A DNA stretch of 64,000 nucleotides, taken from NCBI GenBank assembly GCA_965248535.1, contig CBDFJR010000002.1, positions 1,472,001 through 1,536,000 on the forward strand, written 5' to 3'. The DNA comes from Phormidesmis sp. (GTDB taxonomy: Bacteria; Cyanobacteriota; Cyanobacteriia; Leptolyngbyales; Leptolyngbyaceae). This document shows positions 21,460 through 31,460 of this stretch, piece after piece. A program made the translations under genes and the position numbers. Within the stretch, counting starts at the first letter, position 1. Each line of letters starts with the position of its first letter. Under the pieces are notes generated by a model, which was not told the DNA's origin, ran no database searches, and was given only the letters and a program-made list of their open reading frames with translations.

Positions 21460-22314
21460 CTATTGTTGCCAAACTCTAGGAATGCAGATAGATCGATCGT
21501 AGTTTAGTCTTCGCACGAGTCGCCAAACCTCAATAAACCATTGTCGCGCCTCCATTGTAGAGTGACCTCGATAGCGGCACAGTAGCCCAGACATCAAGCG
21601 GGTCACGCCGACTTCTCCATTACCTGCCCAGGCAGAGCGCGCTGCTGCGACCAATTCTGGCTCGACCGATCGCCCAATCCAGGCAAAACTCCCAACTACT
21701 GGGCAGTTTGCCAACCCGTGAGGACTGGTGAATAATTCCTCGCTGCCCGGAAGCCACTGGCGATCGACCCAAATTGGACGATCGTGCTGCCAAACTTCGG
21801 TGTGCGATCGCCACTCACCTTCAACAAACCGCTCACCCCTGGCACTGCGACCAAACCGGGTCATCTCCCAGCCCAGCCAAGTGGCATCAGGGGCAAGATT
21901 GACCCGCATTTCTTGACGATAAACGGCTTGATTAAACACGATCGCTTCTTGGGGCAACCACTCTAAGCAAGCGCCGCTAGCCACGTCTACGTGAATAATT
22001 TGTTTGGCTTCTCGTCCGTTAGTCTTATAAATTTTGCTCGCGGCGGCTGTCGTGACGAGGGCTTGAGCGTCGGGCTGGAGGCGAATATTGATGGAAAGCC
22101 GATCGCCCCCCACCATTCCGCCTGCGGTGTGCATAATCACGCTGTGACAAATCTCGTGCCCCTCTGGATAAAAGGGTCGTTGGGTCTTGAGAGGGGCTTT
22201 TGCCTGACTGTGGATTAGCTGAGTTGCACCTTGACGGGGCGCAAACTCTAGAGCCAGACTGCCGTGCCAATCGGTAGAAATTGTCTCAGTTGAAGTGGCG
22301 AGAGGGTGATTCAC
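21460..22314 (-). CDS. ureD: Urease accessory protein UreD
   Basis: PLKTQRPFYPEG, HTAGGMVGGDRL, LEWLPQEAIVF, FGRSARGERF, PRVW. Confidence 0.95.
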   Translation of the reverse strand: MNHPLATSTETISTDWHGSLALEFAPRQGATQLIHSQAKAPLKTQRPFYPEGHEICHSVIMHTAGGMVGGDRLSINIRLQPDAQALVTTAAASKIYKTNGREAKQIIHVDVASGACLEWLPQEAIVFNQAVYRQEMRVNLAPDATWLGWEMTRFGRSARGERFVEGEWRSHTEVWQHDRPIWVDRQWLPGSEELFTSPHGLANCPVVGSFAWIGRSVEPELVAAARSAWAGNGEVGVTRLMSGLLCRYRGHSTMEARQWFIEVWRLVRRLNYDRSICIPRVWQQ

Positions 22315-22390
22315 AAACAGAGCGAACTAACAGCAGGTTGGGATTAGCTTCTCGTAAACCCCACCATTTTTGTGAGAATTTGGGAATCTC

Positions 22391-22612
22391 TTAAACTTTC
22401 TTCCTTTGAAACGAGATCGAACCCAGGTCATTAGCTAGACCTCGATTGAGCAACAACAGGTCTGGAATTATGATCCGAAGTTTTTGCATGAGAACCTCAA
22501 TCGTCTCAGCTTCCGTTACTAATCCGGGCACATCTTCACTCGTTGCAACCCAGACAGCAGCTTCTGCATCCCAGAACGCTTCGACCTCATAGACGATTTG
22601 TGCCATTGCCAA
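22391..22612 (-). CDS. DUF1902 / HicB-like small protein
   Basis: AFWDAEAAVWVATSEDVPGLVTEAETIEVL signature. Confidence 0.8.
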   Translation of the reverse strand: MAMAQIVYEVEAFWDAEAAVWVATSEDVPGLVTEAETIEVLMQKLRIIIPDLLLLNRGLANDLGSISFQRKKV

Positions 22613-22744
22613 ATTCCGATTGGATATTGATAGCTCCAGGTTAAGTTAGACGAAGAGAGATGTTGAGCCTGCTTTGGGAAGGTGGGTTGCTTTTCCGCAA
22701 CGACCCATATGATGTTCGGCTGGTTATTCTTGCGATCGCGATCG

Positions 22745-23359
22745 TCATTTCTGCGCCAATACTCCATTTAAGAAAATATCGGCTAACCCTTCTGCCATTT
22801 CTTTCATCTCACCCGGAGAGCTATTGGGCCCCATGATGGTGTCTTGACTAAAGCCCGCGACCGCAAACATCCCCAAAAACACTCGCGCTATTAACTTTGG
22901 ATTCATCTGACGATAAACGCCCCGATCCATCGCGGTTTGAAAAAAAGCTTCTGCCACATCCGTCATCTTGTTGATCACTTCTAGCTGGATGTGTTCTCGC
23001 AGATCGGGGTGAAACTGCGCTTCCATAAAACAGACTTTGAGCATATCTGCATTTTGGTGTAGGTGCAGCATTCGTCGCCGCATCACCTGAGCCACGGCTT
23101 TATAGCTGCCCATTTCGCTCAACTCAGTCAGCAGATCGGTGAGAATCTCGATCCATCCCTGGGTGGCAATCTCGATCAAAATCGCCTTCTTGTTAGAAAA
23201 GTGGCGAAACAGCGTTCCTTCTGCAACTCCAGCGTGTTCGGCTAGGTCGCGGGTTGTGGTGCCGTCGTAGCCATTGCGCGCAAACAGTTTGAGCGCAGAC
23301 TTGAGAATGCGAGTTCGCGTTTCGGTCTCGGTTTGGGGGGGGCGATTCAGGATTGACAT
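22745..23359 (-). CDS. TetR/AcrR-family regulator
   Basis: RILKSALKLFARNGYDGTTTRDLAEHAGVAEGTLFRHFSNK HTH. Confidence 0.93.
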   Translation of the reverse strand: MSILNRPPQTETETRTRILKSALKLFARNGYDGTTTRDLAEHAGVAEGTLFRHFSNKKAILIEIATQGWIEILTDLLTELSEMGSYKAVAQVMRRRMLHLHQNADMLKVCFMEAQFHPDLREHIQLEVINKMTDVAEAFFQTAMDRGVYRQMNPKLIARVFLGMFAVAGFSQDTIMGPNSSPGEMKEMAEGLADIFLNGVLAQK

Positions 23360-23456
23360 AGATAATTAGCGGGCACGATCGCACTAAAAAAGCCTGTGAT
23401 TTTATTTTGCGGGTTAAATCCCACGATCGGGCTGAGTGTTATGGAGTCTATAGATT

Positions 23457-25157
23457 CTATCGTCGCTTCCACCAAACGATGCCTGCGCTAGTCAATCCTA
23501 AAAGCGGAACGGCCACCAGTGCAATGAATCCTAAAACGCTAGCTTGCTCGTTGGTGAGGGTGATGCGGCGATTCTTTAAATCTTTGGGTCGAATCGATAG
23601 GGGTTGCTGATCTTGCTGGCTCAGCCAGCTAACTGAGTTGACAAACACATCGCCGTTTAGATATTGGCCAAACAATCCATCAGTGGCAAAGGTGGAGTTG
23701 CCGAAGACGACGAGCCGAGATTCTTTAGCGCCTGCAACCAAGGGCGGAGCAGAGGGCGTTGGACTTGGGGATCTGGCGATCGTCGGATTGGCAGAAGGCG
23801 TAACCGAGGCTTGAGGAGACGGGCTAACCGACGGTGATGGACTCGGAGCCGAAGGCGTGACTTGGCGGCTAAAGGCTGCCCCGATGGCGATCGGTCCGGG
23901 GCGATCGCCGCCATCCAATTTGAGCGGCTGCTCTTTGAGGTTGCTTTCTGCCCAGCTATTGGGGTCGGTCAGAAGTAGCGGCGTAGACTGCACTCCCGGC
24001 ACTGGCGTGATTTCTAAGGGTCGCGCTAAGGGATAGATAGAATTGCTGTTGCGAAAATCTTTGGTGATGGGATGGTCGCCATATTGCGCGATCACAACGG
24101 CGGTCGGCCCCTTGCCGCGCACCTGACGATCGGAGGCGTTAATCACCACACGATCATCCAATTTAACGCCCCAGAGATTGAGCAAGTTATCAAATCCCGA
24201 TTTAATCGTGGGGTCAACGGCGACAAGCAGATTTCCGCCTTGATTGAGATAGTCTTGCAGCACTTTGGTTTCTGCTTCTGGCACGGGGCGAACCGGGCCG
24301 ACGATGATTATTGCCACTGCATCGGCCGGGACTTTTCCGGTCAGCCCCAAATTGAGCGGCTCATCGACAAAATTCTTATCTTTGAGAGCTTGGGCAGCTT
24401 GGGAGATAGCCCCTTGACCTGCGTCGAGCGATCGCTCTCCGTGCCCTTGCAGAAAATAGAGTTTAGAACGGCGATCGCTGGTGAGTTGCAGAATCCCGCT
24501 CGTGATCCGGTTTTCAGATAAGCGAGTTTGGGGGCTGATGCTCTGCACAAATTGTCTGCGCTTGCTTGACTGTAACTCTAGATAGACATCGCGGTTCTCG
24601 CCACTGTTTTTAATGCCAAAAGAATTTGCTAAACCGGGATTTGCTTCGGGGTCAATAAATTCAAATAAGAACTTGGGATTTTGTCGCTGATAGTTCTCTA
24701 ACAAATCGCGATCTTGAGAATTTTGTTGACTGTCAAAAATCCACACTTTTACCGCTTGGGGCAACTCGCGCACCACTTGCTGCGACTCTGGCGAAAGCGT
24801 AAATAGCTGCCCTTCGGTTAAATCAATTCTCGTCGGGTGACGGCTGACTAAAAAGTTGAGTAGCCCCAAAATCACGAAAACGGCGATCGTGCTAACCAAT
24901 GCATTCGTGCTGACCTGCGTCGATCGACGGTTCCAAAATTGTGGCTGCTGAGAGTTGCTGCCGCGTCCTAAAAACACCACCCATAGCCCGATAATGACGA
25001 TGCCACTGATGATCAGCGCTAGCGGAATCGAAGTCCAGCCGCCCGAAACGACTCCGGCTGAGATGCCCATAATCGTCAGCAGCGGCCCTGACCAAAACAG
25101 ATATCTCCAGTAGTGCAAAAGGTTTAGACGGGGCGGCGAGGTCTTCATAAAAATCAC
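23457..25157 (-). CDS. GldG-family ABC transporter auxiliary component
   Basis: RIDLTEGQLFTLSPES, LYFLQGHGE, HPITKDF, RLVVFGNSTF, N- and C-terminal TM helices, Pro/Ser linker. Confidence 0.88.
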   Translation of the reverse strand: MIFMKTSPPRLNLLHYWRYLFWSGPLLTIMGISAGVVSGGWTSIPLALIISGIVIIGLWVVFLGRGSNSQQPQFWNRRSTQVSTNALVSTIAVFVILGLLNFLVSRHPTRIDLTEGQLFTLSPESQQVVRELPQAVKVWIFDSQQNSQDRDLLENYQRQNPKFLFEFIDPEANPGLANSFGIKNSGENRDVYLELQSSKRRQFVQSISPQTRLSENRITSGILQLTSDRRSKLYFLQGHGERSLDAGQGAISQAAQALKDKNFVDEPLNLGLTGKVPADAVAIIIVGPVRPVPEAETKVLQDYLNQGGNLLVAVDPTIKSGFDNLLNLWGVKLDDRVVINASDRQVRGKGPTAVVIAQYGDHPITKDFRNSNSIYPLARPLEITPVPGVQSTPLLLTDPNSWAESNLKEQPLKLDGGDRPGPIAIGAAFSRQVTPSAPSPSPSVSPSPQASVTPSANPTIARSPSPTPSAPPLVAGAKESRLVVFGNSTFATDGLFGQYLNGDVFVNSVSWLSQQDQQPLSIRPKDLKNRRITLTNEQASVLGFIALVAVPLLGLTSAGIVWWKRR

Positions 25158-25957
25158 TAAGAACGTTGAAATCGCAATGCGTCGATCGATTGGGCTGTAA
25201 GAAAAATTCCTAGAAAAATATAGCTAGCAAACAACACTAAACTACTGGTGTCAACTACGCCTTGGACTAAGTTAGTGTAATGCTTGAGCAACGATAAATT
25301 GAATAGCGCATCTCCAACAATGCCGCCGAAGTTTTTGGCTAATTCACTCACAATCCATAAACACAGCACTAATGCAAAGGTGAGAATTGCTGCCAAGATT
25401 GTGCTATCAGTTAGCGAAGAAATGAACATTCCAAGCGAGAGCACTGAAGCCGCTAACAAAATTAATCCTGCATGACCTAAAAGAATCACGCTGAGTTGAA
25501 CGGGAGGGCTTACGCCATTGAGCGCGATCGCTTCATATAACAGCAATGGCAGCGACATGGTGATGAAAAAAGTTAGAACTCCTAAGAGTTTCCCGATCGC
25601 GACCGCCCAATTTGTGATCGGAGACGTAGCTAATAATTCTAAAGTGCCACGTTTGCGTTCGTCGGCGTAAAGCCCCATTGATAAAATCGGCAACACAAAC
25701 AGCGACAGCGACCCCATCACGCCTAAATATGTGCGGAGTAACTCATAGGGCACATCGATCGGCGGAATCGGAACCCCCGATTGAGCTTGCACATCCACAA
25801 AGTTGCCCTGATCGATTACTCCATCAAAGGCAGCTTTAAAGAGAATGCCTGCCAAAATCCAGTAGACGGTGGCGATCGCGTAGGCCAACGGGGAAGCAAA
25901 ATAGCTTTGCAGTTCTCGTCGATAGATCGCTAAAAAGTTATACGCCAGTAGTTTCAT
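25157..25957 (-). CDS. ABC-2 permease (GldF-like)
   Basis: RRELQSYFASPLAY, EERK-like ERKRGTLELLATSP, six TM helices. Confidence 0.9.
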   Translation of the reverse strand: MKLLAYNFLAIYRRELQSYFASPLAYAIATVYWILAGILFKAAFDGVIDQGNFVDVQAQSGVPIPPIDVPYELLRTYLGVMGSLSLFVLPILSMGLYADERKRGTLELLATSPITNWAVAIGKLLGVLTFFITMSLPLLLYEAIALNGVSPPVQLSVILLGHAGLILLAASVLSLGMFISSLTDSTILAAILTFALVLCLWIVSELAKNFGGIVGDALFNLSLLKHYTNLVQGVVDTSSLVLFASYIFLGIFLTAQSIDALRFQRS

Positions 25958-26958
25958 TCAGGAGTCTCCTCAATTGCGGCATCAGACGGTTCGATCGGGT
26001 CGGCAGTCTCGATCGGCGTTTCTTCGGTCGTAAGCTGCAAAAATACGGTTTCTAAACTTGCCTGCACTCGCCGCATCTCATAGAGCTTTAAATGATGACT
26101 CACCAAAGCCGTCACCAGCTCTGAGCCTAGCTCGGTCTCAGCCTCGGAAACGACCTTAATTTTGAGACGATTTTGAGGCAATAAATCCGTCGGCATTGGC
26201 TCGATCGCGTTCACTCCCACCACAGATTGCAAGCACTGCTGCACGGCCGCCAACTCTCCCTCGATTTCTAGCTCATAGCCTGACCCGCCCATCAACTGCG
26301 TCATCAACCGTTCGGGTGTGTTAGTGGCGACCACCTGACCGTGATTGATAATCGCGACGCGGCTGCACGTCATGCTGACTTCGGGCAAAATGTGGGTCGA
26401 GAGAATCACCGTGTGATCGCCCGCCAAGTTTTTAATTAAATTTCGGACTTCGATAATTTGTCGGGGATCAAGGCCGACGGTCGGCTCGTCGAGAATAATC
26501 ACCGGGGGATCGTGCACGATCGCTTGAGCAATGCCGACTCGTTGCCGAAACCCTTTAGACAGTTTGCGAATAATGGTTTTGCGTTTTTCAAGCAGATTGC
26601 ATCGAGTTAAAGCTGACTGAATTCGCTGGGGACGATCGCCCGCATTCACGCCTTTAATCTGAGCCACAAAGCTGAGATAGCCTTCAACCGTCATGTCAGG
26701 ATAGAGCGGCGGCGATTCGGGCAGATAGCCAATGCGTTGCCGCACTGCCATCGAGTTTTCGTGCACCTCAAATCCCGCAACTTTTGCCGTTCCGCTCGTC
26801 GCAGGCAGATAGCCCGACAAAATTCGCATCGTCGTCGTTTTTCCGGCTCCATTTGGCCCCAAAAAGCCGAGAATTTCTCCTGGCTCAACCGAAAACGTGA
26901 CATCGGCGATCGCGGAGGTAGACCCGTAGAGTTTGCTGAGATGTTCGACTTCGATCAT
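25954..26958 (-). CDS. ABC transporter ATP-binding protein (GldA-like)
   Basis: GPNGAGKTT, LSKGFRQRV, ILDEPTVGLDP; start set at MIEVEHL. Confidence 0.93.
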   Translation of the reverse strand: MIEVEHLSKLYGSTSAIADVTFSVEPGEILGFLGPNGAGKTTTMRILSGYLPATSGTAKVAGFEVHENSMAVRQRIGYLPESPPLYPDMTVEGYLSFVAQIKGVNAGDRPQRIQSALTRCNLLEKRKTIIRKLSKGFRQRVGIAQAIVHDPPVIILDEPTVGLDPRQIIEVRNLIKNLAGDHTVILSTHILPEVSMTCSRVAIINHGQVVATNTPERLMTQLMGGSGYELEIEGELAAVQQCLQSVVGVNAIEPMPTDLLPQNRLKIKVVSEAETELGSELVTALVSHHLKLYEMRRVQASLETVFLQLTTEETPIETADPIEPSDAAIEETPE

Positions 26959-27079
26959 GAGGGTGCGCCTTGGGGAGATTGCCCGTGCAGTCTGGCAGAA
27001 TAGCAGACTTTGGCGGTCACTGGGCAAAAAGTTAACATCCCGATCACGACGTTGAGCAAAACTGAGTTGTTGCCAAGCT

Positions 27080-27787
27080 CTAGCGCTTTCTGTAGGTTGC
27101 TGCTTGAATAAATGCCCGAAATAATCGCTGATGAGCGGGGTCTTGAGCCGACATTTCGGGGTGCCACTGGAGGGCAAACATCCACGGATGATATTGGTGC
27201 TCGATCGCTTCGATCAGTCCGTCGGGCGCTTTGGCCGCAATCTTCCATTCGATGGGCAAATTTCGCACAGATTGGTGATGCCAGGTGACGATCGTGGCGT
27301 GAGCAGTCCCCAAAATCTCCGCCAATCGGCTTTCGGGCAGAATGTCAACCTCGTGCTGAGTCGGGCGACGGGGATGATCGAGCCGATGGGCGATCGCCGT
27401 TCCATAAATCTCTGGCACATGGGCGACCAAATCGCCGCCACTCGCCACATTCAGCATTTGCATTCCCCGACAGATGCCCAGAGTTGGGATCGAAGTCGCG
27501 ATCGCCAGTTTTGCCAGGGCAAACTCAAACTCGTCACGATCGGGGTCAACCGAATAGATCGTTGGGTGAGGCAAGCCGCCATAGAGCGTCGGACTGATGT
27601 CACCGCCGCCGGGCAAGATCAAGCCATCTAGTAGTCTGAGAATCTGGCTGGGGTCGGTTTGATTAGGCGGCAGCAAAATCGGAGTACCGCCCGCCGCTTG
27701 CACGGCATCGACATAGGTTCCGGGCAAGCAAAGTTCGCCTGCCTCATTGCGGCTGTGGTTAGGGATTCCAATAATCGGCGAAGCCAT
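27080..27787 (-). CDS. Gamma-glutamyl-gamma-aminobutyrate hydrolase-like protein (peptidase C26)
   Basis: LILPGGGDI, LGICRGMQMLNV, HHQSV, LQWHPE. Confidence 0.9.
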   Translation of the reverse strand: MASPIIGIPNHSRNEAGELCLPGTYVDAVQAAGGTPILLPPNQTDPSQILRLLDGLILPGGGDISPTLYGGLPHPTIYSVDPDRDEFEFALAKLAIATSIPTLGICRGMQMLNVASGGDLVAHVPEIYGTAIAHRLDHPRRPTQHEVDILPESRLAEILGTAHATIVTWHHQSVRNLPIEWKIAAKAPDGLIEAIEHQYHPWMFALQWHPEMSAQDPAHQRLFRAFIQAATYRKR

Positions 27788-27827
27788 GATTGCAGGGTGA
27801 AGAGTCTGATTTCTATTGTGCCCTTAG

Positions 27828-28610
27828 CTAGCTCGATGCGCTTGTGTAAAAACGCAGCGCAAACCGCCAGAAGAATCGGGAGGCTAAGAGGAGGGCGATC
27901 GCTAAGAGAGCGGCCCCGATCGTCCATCCTAAATGGGTTCGTCCTAGCATAACTTCTGAAGGAATCGTGGTCAAAAATGCTACAGGCACCACAAACGTAA
28001 AAAAGAATTGATAGGTCGTTGGATAGGCAGCCATCGGAAATCGCCCCGCTTCGAGCAATCCTCTTAAAACTTCGGTGACGTTATAGATTTTCACAAACCA
28101 GATGCTCGTCGCCCCTAGCATAAACCACAGACTGTAGAGAATCGCCAACCCAAATGCTAGCGGTATCAAACTTAGGAAATAGCTTTGCAGCCCCACTCCT
28201 AGATGAGTGCCCCCATAGATCACCACAATCAGCCCAAAGATTAGATTAGGAAAGCCCCACGGAGACAGGGTATGGGTTGAGAGCCAAAACTGTGAGCTAA
28301 TCGGCTTGAGCAGCACAAAATCTAGCGTTCCGGTTTGCACATGGCGCACAATGCGGTTGAGATTAGGAGCTAAAAACGTCGCCGAAAAGCCCTCTAGCAG
28401 CGTGAACACGCCGACCACAATCAGGGCTTCTTCCCAGCGCCAACCCGCAAAGGTGTAGCCCGTTCGATAGAACAAAAACAATCCAAACAGGCTCCCGGCC
28501 AGTCCGCCTAGACTGGTGAAGGCTGCTACTAAAAAGTTAGTGCGATACTCCAGTTCGGCGGCGATCGAGGTGCCCCAAAACAGCGTTAACAAGTTCCAAT
28601 ATCGCTGCAT
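27828..28610 (-). CDS. ABC-2 family permease (DUF990-type)
   Basis: ELEYRTNF, GTLDFVLLKPISSQF, RFYTSASS terminus. Confidence 0.88.
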   Translation of the reverse strand: MQRYWNLLTLFWGTSIAAELEYRTNFLVAAFTSLGGLAGSLFGLFLFYRTGYTFAGWRWEEALIVVGVFTLLEGFSATFLAPNLNRIVRHVQTGTLDFVLLKPISSQFWLSTHTLSPWGFPNLIFGLIVVIYGGTHLGVGLQSYFLSLIPLAFGLAILYSLWFMLGATSIWFVKIYNVTEVLRGLLEAGRFPMAAYPTTYQFFFTFVVPVAFLTTIPSEVMLGRTHLGWTIGAALLAIALLLASRFFWRFALRFYTSASS

Positions 28611-28612
28611 AT

Positions 28613-29401
28613 TTAAGCTCCCATTCCTGAATATTGCTTGAGTCCTTTGCGCCACAGCCACCGATTTAAGCCAAAAAACACCCCGCCCCAAACCAGCATC
28701 ACGAGAAACCCTTGCCCGATATTAGTGGGCAAGCCAACTAAGATGCTGGCCGGAAAATTAACCAAATAGGGAAACGGAGTCCAGAGCGCGATCGTTCTCA
28801 CCACAGGCGGAAATACTTCTAACGGGGCAATCACGCCTGATAAGAATAGATAGAACAAAAACCAAAAATCTTGCAATGAGCTTGCCCGCTCTGTCCAAAA
28901 CGACAGCATCGCAAACGTGTATTGAATCACGAATTGCAGCGCAAACGCTAAAACAGTCGCGATCGAGAACAGCACTAGATTAGTAGAACTCGGCAACCAG
29001 AATGCAGCCGGATATAGTCCAAAGAATAGCCCGATTAATAGAAAAGCAAACGGCAATCGCGCAAACTTTTCGGAAATGTGAGAGATGACGTGATAGAAAG
29101 CAGGGTCGATCGGCTGCATCAATCGAAACGACAATTTGCCCTCGACGACTTCTCGCTCAAACTCCCAAATCACCCACACTACGGTTAATTGTCTGACCAA
29201 AAACACTGCCAAAAAATAGCGGGCAAAGTCCGTGGGAGACAGCCCAAAATTGCCTTGCTGGGCTGCCTGTGTCCACACGCCCATGAGAATGATCGGCAGC
29301 GAGCCAGACAACACCCACAAAATCAGTTCTGCTCGATACTCCACCATATAGGCGTAGTAAACGAGCAGCATTGTTTTGACCACTCTAAAAAGTCGTTTCA
29401 T
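28613..29401 (-). CDS. ABC-2 family permease (DUF990-type)
   Basis: MVEYRAEL, GKLSFRLMQPID, LSGVIAPLEVFP, YSGMGA terminus. Confidence 0.88.
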   Translation of the reverse strand: MKRLFRVVKTMLLVYYAYMVEYRAELILWVLSGSLPIILMGVWTQAAQQGNFGLSPTDFARYFLAVFLVRQLTVVWVIWEFEREVVEGKLSFRLMQPIDPAFYHVISHISEKFARLPFAFLLIGLFFGLYPAAFWLPSSTNLVLFSIATVLAFALQFVIQYTFAMLSFWTERASSLQDFWFLFYLFLSGVIAPLEVFPPVVRTIALWTPFPYLVNFPASILVGLPTNIGQGFLVMLVWGGVFFGLNRWLWRKGLKQYSGMGA

Positions 29402-29611
29402 ACTACGTCTGCGCTTAAAGTATTGATGCGCCCCCAGTCTCAATTTTGAAGGACTTTTCTTGAATAGTGGCAGATCTGGGCAGACTAAAACGAGTCATCA
29501 AGATTCTTGAACCGCAAATATCAGGAGTTCTTGAGATGCTGTTCAGATTCAGATTTAAATCACTCTCATGATAAGTTTTTGATGAAGAGAAGTCTGCTAT
29601 CGTTTAGGGCG

Positions 29612-30719
29612 ATGCTAACCAAAAAAACCATTCTCACGGCGCTGTTGGTCTTTGTGCCCATCTCGATCGCTGCCCATTTCCTAGGGTGGGGAGAGCTTAC
29701 TGTTTTTATCACGTCAGGGTTAGCGATCGTGCCGCTTGCCGCCTGGATGGGCACGGCAACCGAAGAACTTTCGGTCGTGTTGGGGGCCTCGATCGGGGGT
29801 CTCTTAAACGCCACCTTTGGCAATGCGACGGAGCTAATTATCGCGCTTATTGCCCTCAAAGCCGGGTTAGTAGATGTCGTGCAAGCCACGATCACTGGCT
29901 CGATCATCGGCAACTTATTGCTCGTGTTGGGCTTTTCGATGCTGCTGGGGGGGCTGCGATACCCAGAACAAGTGTTTCATCAAACGGCGGCCCGGGTTAA
30001 CGCTTCGTCACTAAACCTTGCCGTGATTGCTATTTTGCTACCCACGGCGGCAAATCTGCTGTCAAAGGGCATCTCTCAGCCCACCATGCAGCGTCTTTCA
30101 TGCGCTGTCTCGATCGTGCTGATTTTGGTCTATGGGCTGATGCTGCTGTTTTCAATGCGGACGCACACTCATCTTTATAATCTAGAACTGGCGGCGATCG
30201 AGTGCGTCGAGACTCCAGCCAGTGACAGACTCTCAGCCCGTAGACCACAAGCAGCCCAAAAAGCTGGGATTTTGGATCGGGGTGCTGTTGGGAATCACCG
30301 TTTTGGTGGCGATCGAGTCAGAACTGCTCGTCGGCGCTCTAGAAACTGCCACCGCCCAATTAGGCTTGACCCCTCTCTTTACCGGAGTGGTGTTGCTGCC
30401 GATTATTGGCAACGCCGCCGAGCACGCCACGGCTGTCACCGTTGCCATGAAAAACAAGATGGAGCTTTCGATGGCCGTCGCGGTTGGGTCGAGCTTGCAG
30501 ATCGCGCTGTTTGTGGCCCCGATTTTAGTGTTGGCAGGCCCCGTTTTGGGGCAGCCGATGGATCTGAGTTTCAATCCGTTTGAGTTGGTGGCTGTTGGCG
30601 TTGCCGTGTTGCTGAGTAACTCAACCATCTCAGACGGAAAATCAAACTGGCTCGAAGGAGTCTTGCTTTTGGCAACCTATCTTGTTTTAGGCATCACGTT
30701 TTATTTCTATCCTGCCTGA
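29612..30719 (+). pseudogene. cax: Ca2+/H+ antiporter (CAX/ChaA family), frameshifted at about 30186-30265
   Basis: LLNATFGNATELI (alpha-1 repeat) lies in one frame and IIGNAAEHATAV...GSSLQIA (alpha-2 repeat) in the +1 frame; may be an assembly error. Confidence 0.85.
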
Positions 30720-30744
30720 CCTACAAAAGGAGTCTTGCCGTCTG

Positions 30745-31326
30745 CTAGACCCCACCGGGAATTTCGTGAATCGACAGATGAGCGCCATTGAGGGCAGAAT
30801 CGGCTCGTGTTTGCCATTTGACAAATTGCCCTCGCGTCAAATTGTCAGCAAAAATGCCGACCCGCAGGCTGACTTTTGTGCCCGCAGGCAGCATGAGCGT
30901 GGTGCCTCCTGAAAAGCTAAAGCCTGAATCTTGCAGGTTGCCTTCAGATGAAAGCGGCACTACATATTGTCCGATTCGCAACTCATGGGTGCGAATGCCT
31001 GGGTTTGGGGTTGGCTCTGGTGGAATGCGAATGACAATCGCGCCCATCACGTCGATGGTGAAATTAGGATTGCCGCCGACGATCGAGCCTTGCACATAGG
31101 TCGAGGCAAAAATAATAAACCGTCCGGGTCGCTGAATTACCACTTCTCCAGTTTCAGGGATCAGCGTTAAGACCTGATCGCCAGTCTGATTGCTGGCAAT
31201 TTTGCTCAACCCCAAAATGTTGTAGCGGGTGACTTTGCCCGCGATCGGGTTGAACCATTGGGGCACTTGCACGATCGCATATTCACTCCAGGCTGGCACG
31301 GGCCAGGCTGCACTTTGTTCAACCAA
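30745..31326 (-). CDS. Hypothetical beta-rich protein, C1q/BclA C-terminal-like fold
   Basis: GEVVIQRPGRFIIFAS...FSGGTTLMLPAGTKVSLRV...AHLSIHEI pattern; TTG start. Confidence 0.55.
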   Translation of the reverse strand: MVEQSAAWPVPAWSEYAIVQVPQWFNPIAGKVTRYNILGLSKIASNQTGDQVLTLIPETGEVVIQRPGRFIIFASTYVQGSIVGGNPNFTIDVMGAIVIRIPPEPTPNPGIRTHELRIGQYVVPLSSEGNLQDSGFSFSGGTTLMLPAGTKVSLRVGIFADNLTRGQFVKWQTRADSALNGAHLSIHEIPGGV

Positions 31327-31460
31327 ATCAGGTTTCTCGCAATAACTCTGACTTAGATTTTAGTAGCATTTTGCCCGATCGCTGAAGACAAACCCCGTCA
31401 AGGCCTTTCTGAGCCGATTAGAAGATAAGCTGAGTTGATCCCGTTTCTCAACGCTAAAGA

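Noticed and set aside
23740..23865. Repetitive DNA in gldG
   Set aside because: Explained by a Pro/Ser low-complexity linker in the protein
26959..27177. N-terminal extension of the ABC ATPase
   Set aside because: It overlaps the upstream C26 hydrolase; the domain starts at MIEVEHL
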